A DNA stretch of 63,964 nucleotides, the filler included, from Choristocarpus tenellus KU-1152 (taxonomy: Eukaryota > Protista > Phaeophyceae): assembly GCA_964200185.2 (NCBI GenBank). It is 14 parts of 14 records of this genome, joined end to end, with 100 filler letters (N's around TTAATTAATTAA, not from the genome) between each part and the next. Parts side by side here need not be neighbours in the genome. Positions count along the whole stretch, not along the records: positions 1 to 6,023 come from CAXNAD020009143.1; positions 6,124 to 9,012 come from CAXNAD020023900.1; positions 9,113 to 13,281 come from CAXNAD020015870.1; 11 more parts are not named here. One strand, written 5' to 3'. The notes under the pieces were generated by a model, which worked only from the letters and a program-made list of their open reading frames with translations, ran no database searches and was not told where the DNA came from. Positions 1-13,030 of the stretch are shown in pieces. How positions within the stretch are numbered: the first letter of the stretch is position 1; each line of letters begins with the position of its first letter. A program made the translations under genes and the position numbers.

Positions 1-182
1 CTGTTCCGGCGTCCGCTAGTGCCCCTGCGTCCATGCCAGATCCATGCGGAGACTTCAATAAAATGTTGTAAGAGGAACTTGACAAGGTGGTATACAGCGC
101 TATATAGCGCTACGTAGCGGTTTGAAGATGATACTACTAACCCCAATCTAAAATCAAATACTGTTTACTTCACAAGATCGAC

Positions 183-3100
183 ATGGAGAGTTCCACTCCA
201 ATGGAGATGCTAAGTCAGGGGGCGGAAGCGGTGAGCGAAGATAAAGTGATTAGACTAGGACATCAAGGTAGCCAGTTTGTATTCGCGTTGTGCTAGGTAC
301 CCCTCCCAAGATATCGAAGTAATGCAAAGTCTCTTTTGTTTAGGGATTGTTTTGGTTAAGCCCTTAGTATAGAGGCCAACTTGTGGGAAGGGAGAGTCTA
401 GACGAGATTTTGACTATTCCTCTACGACTGAAAATATACTATAATCGATCACCTGCAACTATTGATGACCAGCGCGTCTATGCCACGAGTTTTTGTGGTC
501 GACCTGCGGTCATCAAGGAACGCTTCCCCAAGAGTTATCGTCATCCTTTGCTGGATGAGAAGCTCACCACAAGGCGGACACTGCAGGCAAGACCTGCATT
601 ACTTTCGTTGCCTTATAACCCAGCCAGAATCAGTCTGCCAAGGTACAGAGATTAGCTTCTAGCAAGCAACAAAAACAATTTTTTACATCCAACCTAATAC
701 TAGCGTGACCCTTTGATTATCACTATGAAGGCCGAAAGGCACCATTTCTTGTGAGCGTAATGGGAGCTGCGAGAAGAGCGCTTTTCATAATTTACTTGTA
801 GTTGGCTGATTTTCCTTATAATATTTCACCACCGTTCCGCAGGAGGTGCGGTGTATGGTGAAGGCTAAGAAGGCCGGGGTAGAGACCCCGTGCCTATTTA
901 TGGTAGACAGTGCTAATACGAAGATCATTATGGAAAGGGTGGATGGGATAACTGTCAAGCAGTTCCTGAGGGAGCGCATGGAAGGTGAGATAGCTCGGTG
1001 GAAATATAAGAATGATGATGAAGGGTGGGAGCATTAGCAACCTTGCGTCATGCGAACACAAGGAACTTTCATTAGCTAGGATTGCATGCATACAGGTAGT
1101 GTGGGAATCTTGCCGCAAATCTGTACAACACGGTTGAGGGATAGATGTTAAGGAACTTGCATCTTTTATATTCCAGGCACACATGTTCGAGCTGCACGAA
1201 ACTGTATTCAGTTCAACAATGTTTTGCGCAAACCACTACACACTCAACTATATTCATAGTGCCACTTGCTTTTATCTCTCACCCTTTTCTTTTCAATGGC
1301 AGTGGCCCACTGTTTAATCTGTTTTCTGAGGCAGAGGGGTGAGGACTTAGGCACTTCTCCTTTCCCCTATGCCGCCAACACTGCTATTCTGGTCACCGTC
1401 CTCTGATCTGCCCTCCGTCAACGGCAGCTGATCCTGATGTGGCACTGAAGTTAGCAGGAGACATCGGGAGGGCTATTGCCAAAATGCATGATGCTCAGGT
1501 GGTTCACGGAGATCTCACCACGTCTAACTTCATGGTTCGCAGTGGACCATTGCGGCGTTTAGTTGCCATCGACTTTGGATTGGCCTCGAGTCAACCTCTA
1601 CCTGAGGACAAGGTGGGGGCAGAAAATGATATTGTGGTAGGTTGTTGGCAAGGCATTGGAGAGGGCGATGTTAATTGGCAAGGAGGAGGTTAACTTCTCG
1701 GAAAAGAGTTATTTGAACATGGATAGTTGTTATGCCTCTTCTTTTTAGCTTAAGACCTACTTGTAATTTAGGAGTCTGAAGTGTTTAGGCTTTGTTTTGC
1801 TTTTTCCTGAGTTGCTGTTGAGAAGTGCTGATAATGAGGAAAAAGCGCTGATAATGAGGAAAAAGGAGAAGCATTCACGAGCAGGGGTGTGGATTGTGCG
1901 AAGTATGGTGGACTCTAGGCTAGATGACTGGGTCACAAACACAAGAGACATTTGATTTTTTAGTCAGAACATTTCGTTTTTGTGTAGAGCAACTTCGTGG
2001 TGTGTTTTCTTGAGCAGTTTGATGGCAGGGATGCAACAGGATGCCCTGGCTGATGAGGGTTTGAGCTTACTATGTTTCGCCATGGACAGATACACCATGG
2101 ACAGATGTTTATACCTTCTTCAAAGTTTCTTCAAAGTTTCTTCAAAGTACATTCTGATGCCACAAGAGTAGGCGATTTTCCAGTGTTGTAGATAAGATAG
2201 AATCCTGAATCAGTGCTGGAGAGAACAAGTCGAGAGACATGGACTTTGAAGCTCACAGTACCTGATGCATTGCTTAGCTGTCTCAAGCTCCAAGACCTGG
2301 CTTAGGGTTAGGGTTAGGGTTGTTTACGTTTTGCCTTGGAAGGCGCCCTCATCATTATTGGCACGTTTAGTAGTGCTGATCTCTTGACCCGAAATTGTAA
2401 ACAGCGATCTCTGGCAATATCTCACCCAATTCACTTTTACATGGTTGCCATTCTTCAATCATGGTAGCTCCAATTGATTAGTCTAGTCCACGCCATAGAC
2501 TGCTGCAATCTTTTTTCACCCATCATTTTCCTAGTGCCTCAATTGCAAATGGCCGTGTCACCTCATGAGAATGTTGTTCTCCCACGAGTCCTCTTCTCCA
2601 AGAAATCTCAACTGTCACAACAGCAGGGAACATCTCTCTGTCCTCTTGTCCCCTATCAAATTTTACCTTCAGGGACTTCAAGTACTTTGGAGTATACTAT
2701 CCCACTCTGAGATATTTCCTAACGGGCTCGTTGCCCCCCCTCCCCAGACCTACACCTTGGCCTTTGTTTTACATCTTCTTAGTACTTGTATTGCTTGGTG
2801 TGCTGAGAGTAGGTTGGAGTCATGGTGCATATTTTAAGAGGGTCGAGGAGGTTGCAGTGTTTTTGTGTGGAACCATTGTAACAGGTGTGCCACCGGTCAA
2901 TCCAGTGATTTCCTACTCTCCACTGTTTTGAAGACTGGCAGTCAACAAATCGGTATGATGCTATGCACTTATACCCTGAATGGCAAAAGTGATTCTACAT
3001 ATACCCTCAACACGTTAAAAAAATATGTATCACCGACTATTGTGTAAATGCTGTTTAAAAAATTCGGGTGAAAGGATCCTTTTGACTGCTTTTGTAGGAC

Positions 3101-3834
3101 GAGGATTTTTCTAATGGTCTGCACGCACTTGTATGCATTTATCATATGTATTGTATGTAACGTATGTATCTTATGTATTATATGTATTATATGTATTGTA
3201 TGTATCATATGTATCATATGTATCGTATGTATCATACGTATCGTATATGTATCATATGTATAATATTCAACTGGGAAGTGATTGTACAAGTGATAGGGGC
3301 CTCTTTGGAGAGGTCTGACTGTGAAAAAAACTAATGGCGATATGAAGAAAATAACATACACCGTTCAGCACTGAATAAGTATATTGGTGGTATACCTTGT
3401 GATGTCATACTGATTTGCAAATTCCCCCTAGTATCTGGTCAGCAGATATCTACATTTGTTCTCAATACTGTCTTGCCACCGATTTTGTTGCCATGTTAAT
3501 TTCCCTAATCGGTGTAGTTTGTAGTTCAGGTCTGTGCAACGATACTATTTGCACTCCTCTGCCTTCCCCTGAACTTTTCTTGACCTTGCCGCTGCTGACA
3601 TCTGGTTTCCCTCCTACTGTGCCTTGTGCTTCTTGCCCTGCACATTGCCACCAGGCTGTCGATCTCTATGTCCTTGAACGAGCATTTTTATCAACGCATG
3701 CCTGCTCTGAACCGCTCATCGAAGAGGCAATACGGTGCTATGAGGCTGCCTCAGATGCCAAGAAAGGGGCTGCCACCATGCGAAAGCTGGCTGAAGTTAG
3801 AAAGAGGGGCAGGAAACGCGACATGTTTGGGTAG
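183..3834 (+). CDS. BUD32: BUD32/PRPK (TP53RK) atypical kinase of the KEOPS complex, complete 5-exon gene
   Basis: Exons 183-230, 473-586, 843-984, 1428-1612 and 3655-3834 splice in frame: MESSTPMEMLSQGAEA|RVY..VIKERFPKSYRHPLLDEKLT..Q|EVRCMVKAKKAGVETP..|..VHGDLTTSNFM..IDFGL..EDK|AVDLYVLERAFLSTH..VRKRGRKRDMFG*. All are BUD32 family hallmarks. Confidence 0.96.
3133..3262. repeat. Degenerate 9-bp minisatellite (TATGTATCA-like) in BUD32 intron 4
   Basis: Tandem tatgtatc/ta units; explains the spurious IHMIHT and YVSYVS ORFs. Confidence 0.85.
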
Positions 3835-5182
3835 CGCTCGATGAGATTAGTATTGTGGAATGCTGCATAGTGTGTTTAACGCTTGCTTTCTACGATTTGG
3901 TATTGTGGAGTGCGATGCAGAACGTTCTAGGGCAATTACTGTATCGTTCTAGGGCAATTACTTTTTTGTTGTTGATTTTGAAGGAGGGGACAGTCGCAAA
4001 GAGATGTGTGTGGACAAGTTGTTCATGTGTTTTGATCTTCCCTGTTCCGGTCTGGAGTTGTGCCACACTTTGCTGTAGTGTGGATGGTGTGGTGTGAATG
4101 TAGTAGGACGAGTTACCTCATGCAAGGACAAATATGTGACTCTTTGCCTTTAATAAAAACCGTTACACATCAAAGTGGCTCATAGCAGGCAGTAGGTGGT
4201 TTTGTTCGATAACTTTCAACTCGAGATTTAGGTCTTTTGGGACTTGGTGTTGGAGCATTTAGATCCCTGGAGGGAGGCACTGACAGTTTGCTGTTGATCC
4301 GGATGCAGCACTTTAAATAGAAGAATTTATTTTCATGGACTGGTTGCATAGCAGTCCAGAAATTCCCGTTATCTGTGGTCATGAAAATCGGCAGTTGACG
4401 GAGCAGTATTGTGGTACGTATATACCTCAAACGATAACAGTATTTCTGCATATGTCGTCAACAGTTTTTCTTCATCATGCGTAACTGCCTACGAACTGAA
4501 ACATCAGTTAAGACACTATTCAGATATTTTACCCACATGTTTTTCACGTTTCCTTTAGTATCTGCGTATTGTATGCTCTATGCGTCATTGCATGACTAGA
4601 CCTGTATGATTGAGGCAGCAGAGGGCATGGCATGGAAGCAACAGCATTGTCTATATCCCCTTCAGTCAAGAGGATACGCTAAACGACCGATCTCTCCCTA
4701 ACCCTTCAATGCTGACATGACTCCTGTGCATGATTGATAAGGTTCCTCTAGTTTGGTGACCAGACTTAGCTGCAATAGCAATTAGGATGAATGTAACGGG
4801 AGGTCTTAGTACTGCCTCTCTCGTATTATAGCTATGAGACATTATATTTGGGTGGATGTGCTGCGCTTATGTACTGTATCTGAAGACCTAAGGCAGATGC
4901 AACATGCTTCTGTGTTTGAGTCTACACATTGTGACCCCAGGGTGTGAGGCATTAGTCCTCGTGGAAGCTACTTACATGGTAGCACGCTGGTAGGGTTAGG
5001 GTAGAACATTTGTTTTGAGTTTATTGTGACATCAACCTGCCTACCTCTCTGCGAGTGACTTTGTCGACATGTTTCTTGGTACATACTTTGCTTGGGGAGC
5101 TGTCACGGGAAAGTTAGTGTTCTCCCAATTTGAGAATTGCTGTCATGGGGAAACAGACAAAGTAAAAGTGAACAATAAGTAG

Positions 5183-5446
5183 GAGCCAGAGTATCCTGGA
5201 TGGGGGTGTATTTTCGCCATTTTGCTGTTCAAGGGAATGTGGGTGTGAAGCCTGACAACCCATTTTTATGGGCTGAAGTCAGGCAACCCCCATCAGGAGA
5301 CTTTGGATGCAAATGAAAAACCCCTCCAGATGGGTTCTTTGTCGTAAGGTTGGAGGGTGCAGGGATAAAAAGATGCAAATCAGAAGACAATCGCATACAT
5401 CCCTTCTTTAATGTTAGCAGCACCCCCGTCTAGGATACTTTGGCTC
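5183..5446. mobile_element. MITE family C (264 bp)
   Basis: Terminal inverted repeats GAGCCAGAGTATCCTGGATGGGGGTG and CACCCCCGTCTAGGATACTTTGGCTC, flanked by a TAG/TAG 3-bp duplication; no coding capacity. Confidence 0.85.
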
Positions 5447-5896
5447 TAGTTTGTCGCTCATATAGTCGCTTCCGCATTTGGCACTTGAGGGTTTCGTATG
5501 AGAAAGTAGTCAGTAATACACCTCTTCTTCTCCAGAAAACCACCAAAGTGAATATCGCGACAAAACTTCTGTGTCGAATCTCTTTTCTTCCCTTCCATTT
5601 CTCGTTGGTAGTATACTCTCCGAACAATTATTTGTTAACTGTTGAATGTGGTGACGTAGTACGGTTTCTTCTGGATCCGATGATTTTTTTTTTTCTGGTG
5701 TTGGAAGTATCTCTACATGGTCGTGATTTCGTTACAATTTGTTCCAAAATAATGACATTTCCTGATGACTGTGGAGAAAAAAGTGGGGACTGGTTGTTTC
5801 CTCCTTATTATGCATATTTCAGGAACCCCCAAATGGGTGGCGAATGGTCAAGCAGGTTTTGTCGGTCGTCAATCGGGTTCTTTTCTTTTTGTTAAG

Positions 5897-6023
5897 CATT
5901 AAGAAATGTACTTGCATGTGTCAAAGCCGCTACTCTGGACAAAGTTTTGAAAGGATTGCTACAAAATAGTACTACTGGACAGCCTCTCGGCAAAATTGAG
6001 GATGGAGCATTTTATGGAGGATG
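5897..6023 (+). CDS. Possible exon of an unidentified gene, cut by the contig end
   Basis: Pyrimidine tract plus TAAG acceptor, then an open frame LRNVLACVKAATLDKVLKGLLQNSTTGQPLGKIEDGAFYGG up to the linker; no recognisable motif. Confidence 0.25.
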
Positions 6024-6123
6024 NNNNNNNNNNNNNNNNNNNNNNNNNNNNNNNNNNNNNNNNNNNNTTAATTAATTAANNNNNNNNNNNNNNNNNNNNN
6101 NNNNNNNNNNNNNNNNNNNNNNN
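6024..6123. other. Artificial contig linker (first of 13)
   Basis: N44-TTAATTAATTAA-N44, with stops in all six frames. Repeated at 9013-9112, 13282-13381, 21153-21252, 24046-24145, 28142-28241, 32804-32903, 37529-37628, 42069-42168, 45791-45890, 49667-49766, 56812-56911 and 61161-61260. Confidence 0.98.
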
Positions 6124-6746
6124 CCCCCTGAACGTAGCTACAGTGCAACACCACAGAGCGATAATGCTGCCACAGAGCAGTGTATAGGGGTGTGCTGTGA
6201 ACCTTGTGTATGTGTGTGTGTGTGTGTGATTTATGCTACTAGTATAGAAAAACATGTTTTCTTTTTTATTCCTTGGGTTTTTTTTCTTTGTGGGTTTTAT
6301 CAAACTTTTTTTTTCTTATGAATCTGTTTTCTTGAGCACACTCACACGCACACACACACACACACACACACACTCACAAACCCCGCCCCCGCCCCCGCCC
6401 CCCGGCGTGCTATTGTGAGGCACTGTTTTTTTGGTTTTTAGTCTGGTGTCATTAGACACCTTACTGAATTTACAGGAGTAGTGAATGCTTAAAAAAAAAT
6501 GTGCGATGTAAAATTCACTTCTAAGAACTGGCTCTTTTTGTTTGTTCTTACAAACAGTGATAAGAAAATAATAAGAGAAAATAATATGTGTGTGTGTGTG
6601 TGTGTTGCCCCCCTTTTTTGTTTCTCGAGAAATTTCCTAAGAGTTTTATTTAAGGAGGTCGTTGCCCCCTTTCTTTTTCACGGTAAAGACCGTTGGAATG
6701 ACATGTCCCTTTTCCATCACATCCTTTTTTTCTTTTCTTTTTTCAG

Positions 6747-7042
6747 GTGAAACTGCAGTCTTCCTTTTGCACCTTTTCACAGAGGTGTCTGCCGGGCCGC
6801 CTCCCAACAACGCCCCTGCCATAGGAAACCCTAGCGGTAGTGGCAGCGGCGGCGGCGGGGGCGGCGGTAGGGGAAACCAAGAACAGTGGAGCTTTGTTGT
6901 GGCCGCAGCGAGGGCTCTGGGCCGTGCTGCGACGGTGAACGCTTTGTTCAGGAGCACCTTGATGAGACTGGTGAAGGACCCAGGGCTGTTGGCGAGATTG
7001 CTACCGGCGCTGGGTTGTCCGTTGACTTCTGAGGAGTCTGAG
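6747..7042 (+). CDS. Internal exon of an unidentified protein (Gly-rich linker)
   Basis: Strong polypyrimidine-CAG acceptor and GTATGT donor around a GC-rich open frame ETAVFLLHLFTEVS..GGGGG..LLARLLPALGCPLTSEESE. Confidence 0.65.
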
Positions 7043-8362
7043 GTATGTGTAAGAGGAAAAAATGAATGAGATGAGATGAGTCTGTTCTTGGTATTGATTT
7101 GGGGGGAGGGGTGGGGCGGGTGTTTATGTACTGATATTCAGTGTACAGCAGTTTCTTTTGTGTATTTTTGAGGAAGGGGGGGAGGGGGAGGGGAAGGGGG
7201 GGTATGATGAAGGTGTCTTGACCTGAGTGTGTTTTGTTCCTGAATTGATCGTCCCTGTTCCTCTTTGACTTATTTAGATGAGGGGGGGGGGTGAGGGGTG
7301 AGTGTGTGTGTGCATTGTGTATTGTGTATTGTGTATTGGGAAATAAATATAAGTATAGAAGTGATACAGAGGGTCTTGTGTAGTGAAAGAAACCACTAAC
7401 AATGTGTGTTTATATGTGTATTTATATTGTATGTACATATATGTTTGTATGTGAATGTATGTTTGTATGTGAATGTGAAATGAATGTTTATTTGGGTGGT
7501 AGACCTTACAACATCATACTAAGCCTAACCCTAACCCCTCAATTTAAAATATAGTCGGTCGGGTTATGTTACTTGTAAATAGAAAAATCCCACAACGCCA
7601 CAGATATGTTTGCTTTACTTGTCTGGTCAAGTGAATACTTCGGAGTAAATTGTTGATCCGGGTGACCATGGTTGATGTCGGGGCGATGGTTTGTCCTTGG
7701 TTTTGAGGGACATCCTTTCCACTATTTCAAGTAATGTTGCACTAGTTTTTGTACAGAGAAGTAGGCGATGGTGTCACTATGTTTTTCTGATTCCGGATTT
7801 CACTGTTCATCGCTGAATTGTATTATTAGTTGTATGCACTCACTTTGTACTGGAAGGTTAGGGTTGGGGTAATGTCTGTTGGGGGGGGATGCAAGCAGGG
7901 TTAGGGTATTGTCTGTTGGGGGGATGCAAGTAGGGTTAGGGTATAGTTGACCTTACAGGACCATTACGAAAACAATCTACATCGACACAAACCATTCCAG
8001 CTTGTGCTGTAATGCAGAAGTGCTGTCACCCCCACCCCCCCCCCCTCCCCCTCCCCTTCCCCCTACTGCATTTGGACGGCTTTGATTTCTGATTATTCAT
8101 TAAATTGACTCCAGTGCACATAAGTTGTATATCAAGTATGAAATCATCAAGAGTTTCCATCTTACATACTTGATCGGGCTGATATACAAGAGTTTGCATT
8201 GTTCACAGTTTTGCTGCTGATGGCAAGAGACGAGTGCAAAGTTGGAGACTTTTTTTTTTCTTGAAAGAGGGTTAATGTAGGTAGGTATTGGATTAGAGTG
8301 GTTTGGTATGTTTATTTCAATTCCCATGATATTCTTGCAGTTATGCATTTGCCATCCCTGGT

Positions 8363-8672
8363 GACCCAAAGTATCTGGGGGGGGGGAGGGGGTCTTCACC
8401 AAAGTGTCCATTTGGACCAACATCAGGAAAAGTGCACTTTCATTATTCCATCCAATCTTTGGAACCAAATCACCCAAAAATCGCGACATGTAAAATCTAG
8501 CTCCAAATAGATAGCCATCACTCCCCCCCCCCCCAGCTGCTTTGACCGCGGTTGCAAGCCGCGACCAGGNNNNNNNNNNATTTTGAACCAAAAACACAAA
8601 AAATTCATAAACATAAAAAACTACCCCAAATTATCAACCCTCCCTCCCCCCCCCCCCCAGATACTTTGACCC
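8363..8672. mobile_element. MITE family B copy (right end duplicated across an N gap)
   Basis: GACCCAAAGTATCT(G)n ... (C)nAGATACTTTGACCC; internal sequence matches 26957-27136 and 62052-62231; TGGT on both flanks. Confidence 0.85.
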
Positions 8673-9251
8673 TGGTTGCAAGCCGCGAATATGTAAGCGT
8701 TGTATCGTCTGTGTGTATGATCCTAGGCCTGAGGTGGGAAAGGGGTTGTTCGAACGGTTTTTTACTCTCTTGATTATTTTTTTATATACATATATATATA
8801 TATATTTATACAGAGATGTAGATATTATTATTATTATCAACTATTAATAATAATTAAAAAATGTAACTGTTTCTGGTGGTGCCATTCTACTTCCTCTTGA
8901 CTGTCCGGCATCATTCCGAGGGGACCAGTACGTTACGGGAGTGGGGGGGGGGGGGGGGTTTCTTCCAATACGCTTTAGTTAGCAGACCCCAAAAATACAA
9001 AAAACGACTCCTNNNNNNNNNNNNNNNNNNNNNNNNNNNNNNNNNNNNNNNNNNNNTTAATTAATTAANNNNNNNNNNNNNNNNNNNNNNNNNNNNNNNN
9101 NNNNNNNNNNNNCGCCGACACCCCCCCCCCAGATACTTTGACCCGGCTCTATAGTACTTATACTATAACTCGCATAAGAGCTGTAGTGGGATAAGTCACT
9201 CGTTTTCTTACCATCTGAAAAATAAACCCAGTCAAAACCCTGGCTTCACCA

Positions 9252-12200
9252 TCAGTAGGATTCAATCTGTATCCTCACCATTAGGTGTCTTTGTGCCCTC
9301 TCAGTGTCATTCTTCTCCTCCTTCAAATCTTGCATGTATGGCTTATCCTGCTCATTCTCCTGGTTCTCATTATGCGCCTCTTCAGAAGTCACAGTAGTCT
9401 TTTCCACATCCCGCTGGTGCTGCAAATTACTGATTTCATCACCGTCCTCCAATGCCATCCTGATCATATTTGTCGCATCACATCCAAGACCACAACAAAA
9501 AAGAGGCTCATTGCATGTATACTATTCACTCTAAATACACATATACACTGTACATACATATATCCGTTACATGCACCAGTTAGAGGTGATTGCTACTGCA
9601 CTTGAAGTCATCAAAAACTCTAAGACAGTAAGCTCCAACAGGAAAGTTGACTTAATGTCAAAATCATGATCCACAACAATAATTACTGTACCACATGTGT
9701 GCCTAGAAGGGGAACCCTCATTTCCAGCTGGCATTGGATGCATGCCACAGCATATTTCAAGACAAGGCACCCGGGGTGAACTTGAGCAAGACCTTTGTCT
9801 GCTGTCAAGGGATATACTGACAACAGGATTTGCGAGCACAATGTCTAACAACCACTGTAAAGGAACTCAGATTAAGAGGGGGTCTGCCAATTAGTTGTGC
9901 AGTGAGATCTAAGATGCAACCATCGGCAGCACCATGTCTAACTCAACCACTCCTCATTGTAGTGTACAAAATGATCACTTATGGGGCTAGGTCTTCTGAG
10001 GTGGCCATGGATCAGTCATTAAGCACTACCTCAATACAAACAGTGCACCCAATGAAATCACTCTTGCAGCATTCAATTTCAACACAACACCATGGTGATT
10101 TCACTAGAGTACAAATCAGGCCAATCTTATCAACAGATCAGGCCAAGGGGGGAATATTGCTACTGAGTTGCCCTAGTTAGATACGAAAATTGAACATTTC
10201 ACCCGCAAAATACTGCAAAATACTGGGAAGCCAAACCCAAAATAGCATCATAGATAGATCAGGCCGCACACGCAATTGAAAGTCAGAACCTACTCACCAT
10301 CTATCTTACAACCTGTCTTTATATATCTTCCCCTTACTATCTTGTCTCATCTACATCAGGCAGTCCTCCGTTAAGCATTCAAACAAAAGTGTGCTGATTA
10401 GCCTTCCTGCCAATATGGGACCAGTGCCATCATACCGCAAACAGCACTACAAGGTGGAAGGCAAGATGCTGCTAATGTTGCTTAATGTCTCACATTTCTT
10501 TGGACAGTCTTGCTATGCGTAGGAGGGTATCAGCCGCATCATCCATGTCCCGCTCTGTGTCATACACTCCCCACACTGCATGCACCAGGGACTCAATGTG
10601 GCCATCTTCTCCTCTAGTACCAGCCCCATAAGCACTGCAGAGGATCTGCTCAAGTACACACATATATATACATACATCCAAGTGCATCCAGGGGAATTAA
10701 AGCATAGCAACAATTGTTGGAAAGGAATCATACCACAGCCAATTGAGAGGGAACAAGGGAAACCGAAGGCATGCCCTGACATAATTGCAGTTACTTCACA
10801 ATGCCGCAACCACACTACGCCAGAAGCATGGACACAACCTCTGACATTAACTCTATCCTAGCCCCTGTCCCTCATGGAAAGATCCTCAAGATCACTCTCC
10901 TGAATCAAGTTCAGAATGACATCATCAAGAGAAGACTACGCCACATGCAGAGAGTAGGTGATATGACAGAGATATATGTGTGAAAAAAATAAAAGTTCCA
11001 TGCCATGACTTTTCACCCATAGATAGGACCATAGGTCACTCAAGGCAAAAGAAATAACCCAATACAAAATGGAACATTTGTTGTAGAGCAAATATTTGTT
11101 CATCAATTATCACTTGCCTGCCCCTGATCCAGGGAGAGTACACCACTGCGAACAGCACCCCCAACAAGTCCTAGGAAATCATGAGGCATTGTGTCAGGAG
11201 TGGTCATGATCCCTTCTTCTTCTCCTTTAGGTGCACACCTTTCCTCACACCCATTGTCCCTCCCATCGTTCCCCCCATTAGATGGTACCGACGAGACTGG
11301 AGCTGTAACAGAGGTGCCCACTGGTGGCATCAAGACTTGATCCTCAGGTACCAGTGGAGACACTGCTGCCATGGCCAATGGCACACCCCTGCCTGACACC
11401 CGCCTGGCCTGAGGTACGTGATGAGATCCAAGTTGACACGGTTAGTGTCCAAGGAGAGTAAATATACAATAAATATATAGTGCAAGGTTGGCAGAGGTCA
11501 TAGGTACATACTTAAACAGCATGACTGGGTATATGAAGAGCAAAGATCAGATAGTTGCTTGAGTTACGCCCATGTATAATCATGCTATGAATCCCCTACA
11601 ATTCAATAAGTCAATGAATAATCAACATTGAAATCAAATGGTTCATTAAGTCAATTATTTTATAATGCATATACATGCTACCTGCAATGTGCTTCCTATA
11701 AATTTCCTCACAGCACATCTTACCACTCAGTGCTTCAAGCAGCTTGCTTCGTGCGCTGCACCCATCTCTCAATTCTAATCACATAGATTATCAAGATTTC
11801 TTTTTTTACTAATTCAGACGTATACTCACAAAAAATAATAACTCACTACAATAGTCCACACCTCGAACGATGTAAAGCTCAAAATAAACAACTCAATGTT
11901 TTCAGGTTCCCCACAACAAAAAGCATTATCTGGACAATAGATCATTATAGGACAAACAACCACGAACTTTGTCACAACAACTTAGCTAAATTGCAAAAGG
12001 GTCTGAGCGTTTTCTCAACAACTCACACTACCAAGCAAATGACCGGAACTGTTTAACTGTACCTGAACAAATAACATGATCAAGTAAACAAATAACACGA
12101 TCAAGTAAACAAATAACATGATCAAGTAAACAAATAACATGATCAAGTAAACAAATAGCATGATCAAGTAAACAGTCTCAGGCACCATCCATTACAACAA

Positions 12201-13030
12201 ACATGATAGACCAAATGACTCTGAGTCTTGTCCCAAATAACAACGGATGTTACAGGAAAATGGGAACTGTGTCTTGTCCCGGACAAAGTACTTCTATGGA
12301 CAAAGCAAATGCTCTACCTGTGAGGGCCATACTCCTAGGGGTATGGCAAAATTGTGTACCAATGCAAGCTCACTGACAGCAACAAACTCAAAGTCCAGTT
12401 GTTGGTCCTTGCCATTTGGCATAGCATACCCAGTTGAAGTGTTCACCCAAAATGTTCCCGCCATATAATTGATAACACACATTGTAGAGCAAATGGTCCT
12501 GAGCACTGCCAGGACAGTAGGCATTACAGAGGAAACGATTCTAAGGACGTCCTGAAAATGGACACTATAGAGCGGAAGACACTATGCTACAGACCTTCAG
12601 GCTGTGGGTGTCACCCGGGAAAACAGAATTGTTGAGGAAGTTATTCCAAATGCTGTACTGGCAATGGAAGATGTTAGAGAGTGAATTGCCCTGAGCACTC
12701 TCCTGCAAATGGACAATAGGGGCCAAATTTGATTGGACGTTCTATGGCAACACCATTGATATACGACAGTGTTACATCTTCTGAGGTGTGCACTGCTTCA
12801 CCATCTTCATCTAAAAGGTTTGATTGCCCGGTGTCCTCTTCATCTGAAAGGGATTGGAATCAAGAGATGTAAACAGCTTTGTCTAAGGGCATACAACTGC
12901 TTACACTTGTAACACTGTGATTTACACCAAGGGTGTGGTGTATGCATGACACTCTCACCTCAATTTTGGCTGCACGTGCCACAGTGTCAATCAGTTCCCG
13001 AGCATTCCCATCCTCTACGAACAACTATTG
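9252..13030 (-). pseudogene. Degenerate spliced coding-like sequence of unknown family (decayed gene or transposon)
   Basis: Exon-like blocks with splice signals (e.g. 10645-10298, CAG..GTGAG), protein-like stretches broken by stops, and a Cys cluster near 12660-12950; strongly CpG-depleted. Confidence 0.3.
12066..12174. repeat. 21-bp tandem repeat, about 5 copies
   Basis: AAACAAATAACATGATCAAGT repeated with no spacers. Confidence 0.92.

Noticed and set aside
6068-6079. Regularly recurring TTAATTAATTAA palindrome as a biological repeat
   Set aside because: It is always centred in identical N44 flanks, so it is an artificial six-frame-stop contig linker.
8521-8690. Double right terminus of a MITE as a real tandem structure
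   Set aside because: The two versions flank a short N gap and share the downstream GGTTGCAAGCCGCGA; this is most likely a scaffolding overlap of noisy reads. The same applies to 27290-27507.
10298-10645. Stop-codon reassignment or RIP-like process explaining in-frame stops
   Set aside because: Host genes here end in normal TAG/TAA, and every stop codon can trivially derive from a C-to-T change, so the pattern is not diagnostic without an intact copy.
12066-12174. CRISPR array
   Set aside because: The 21-bp units abut directly with no spacers; it is a minisatellite.
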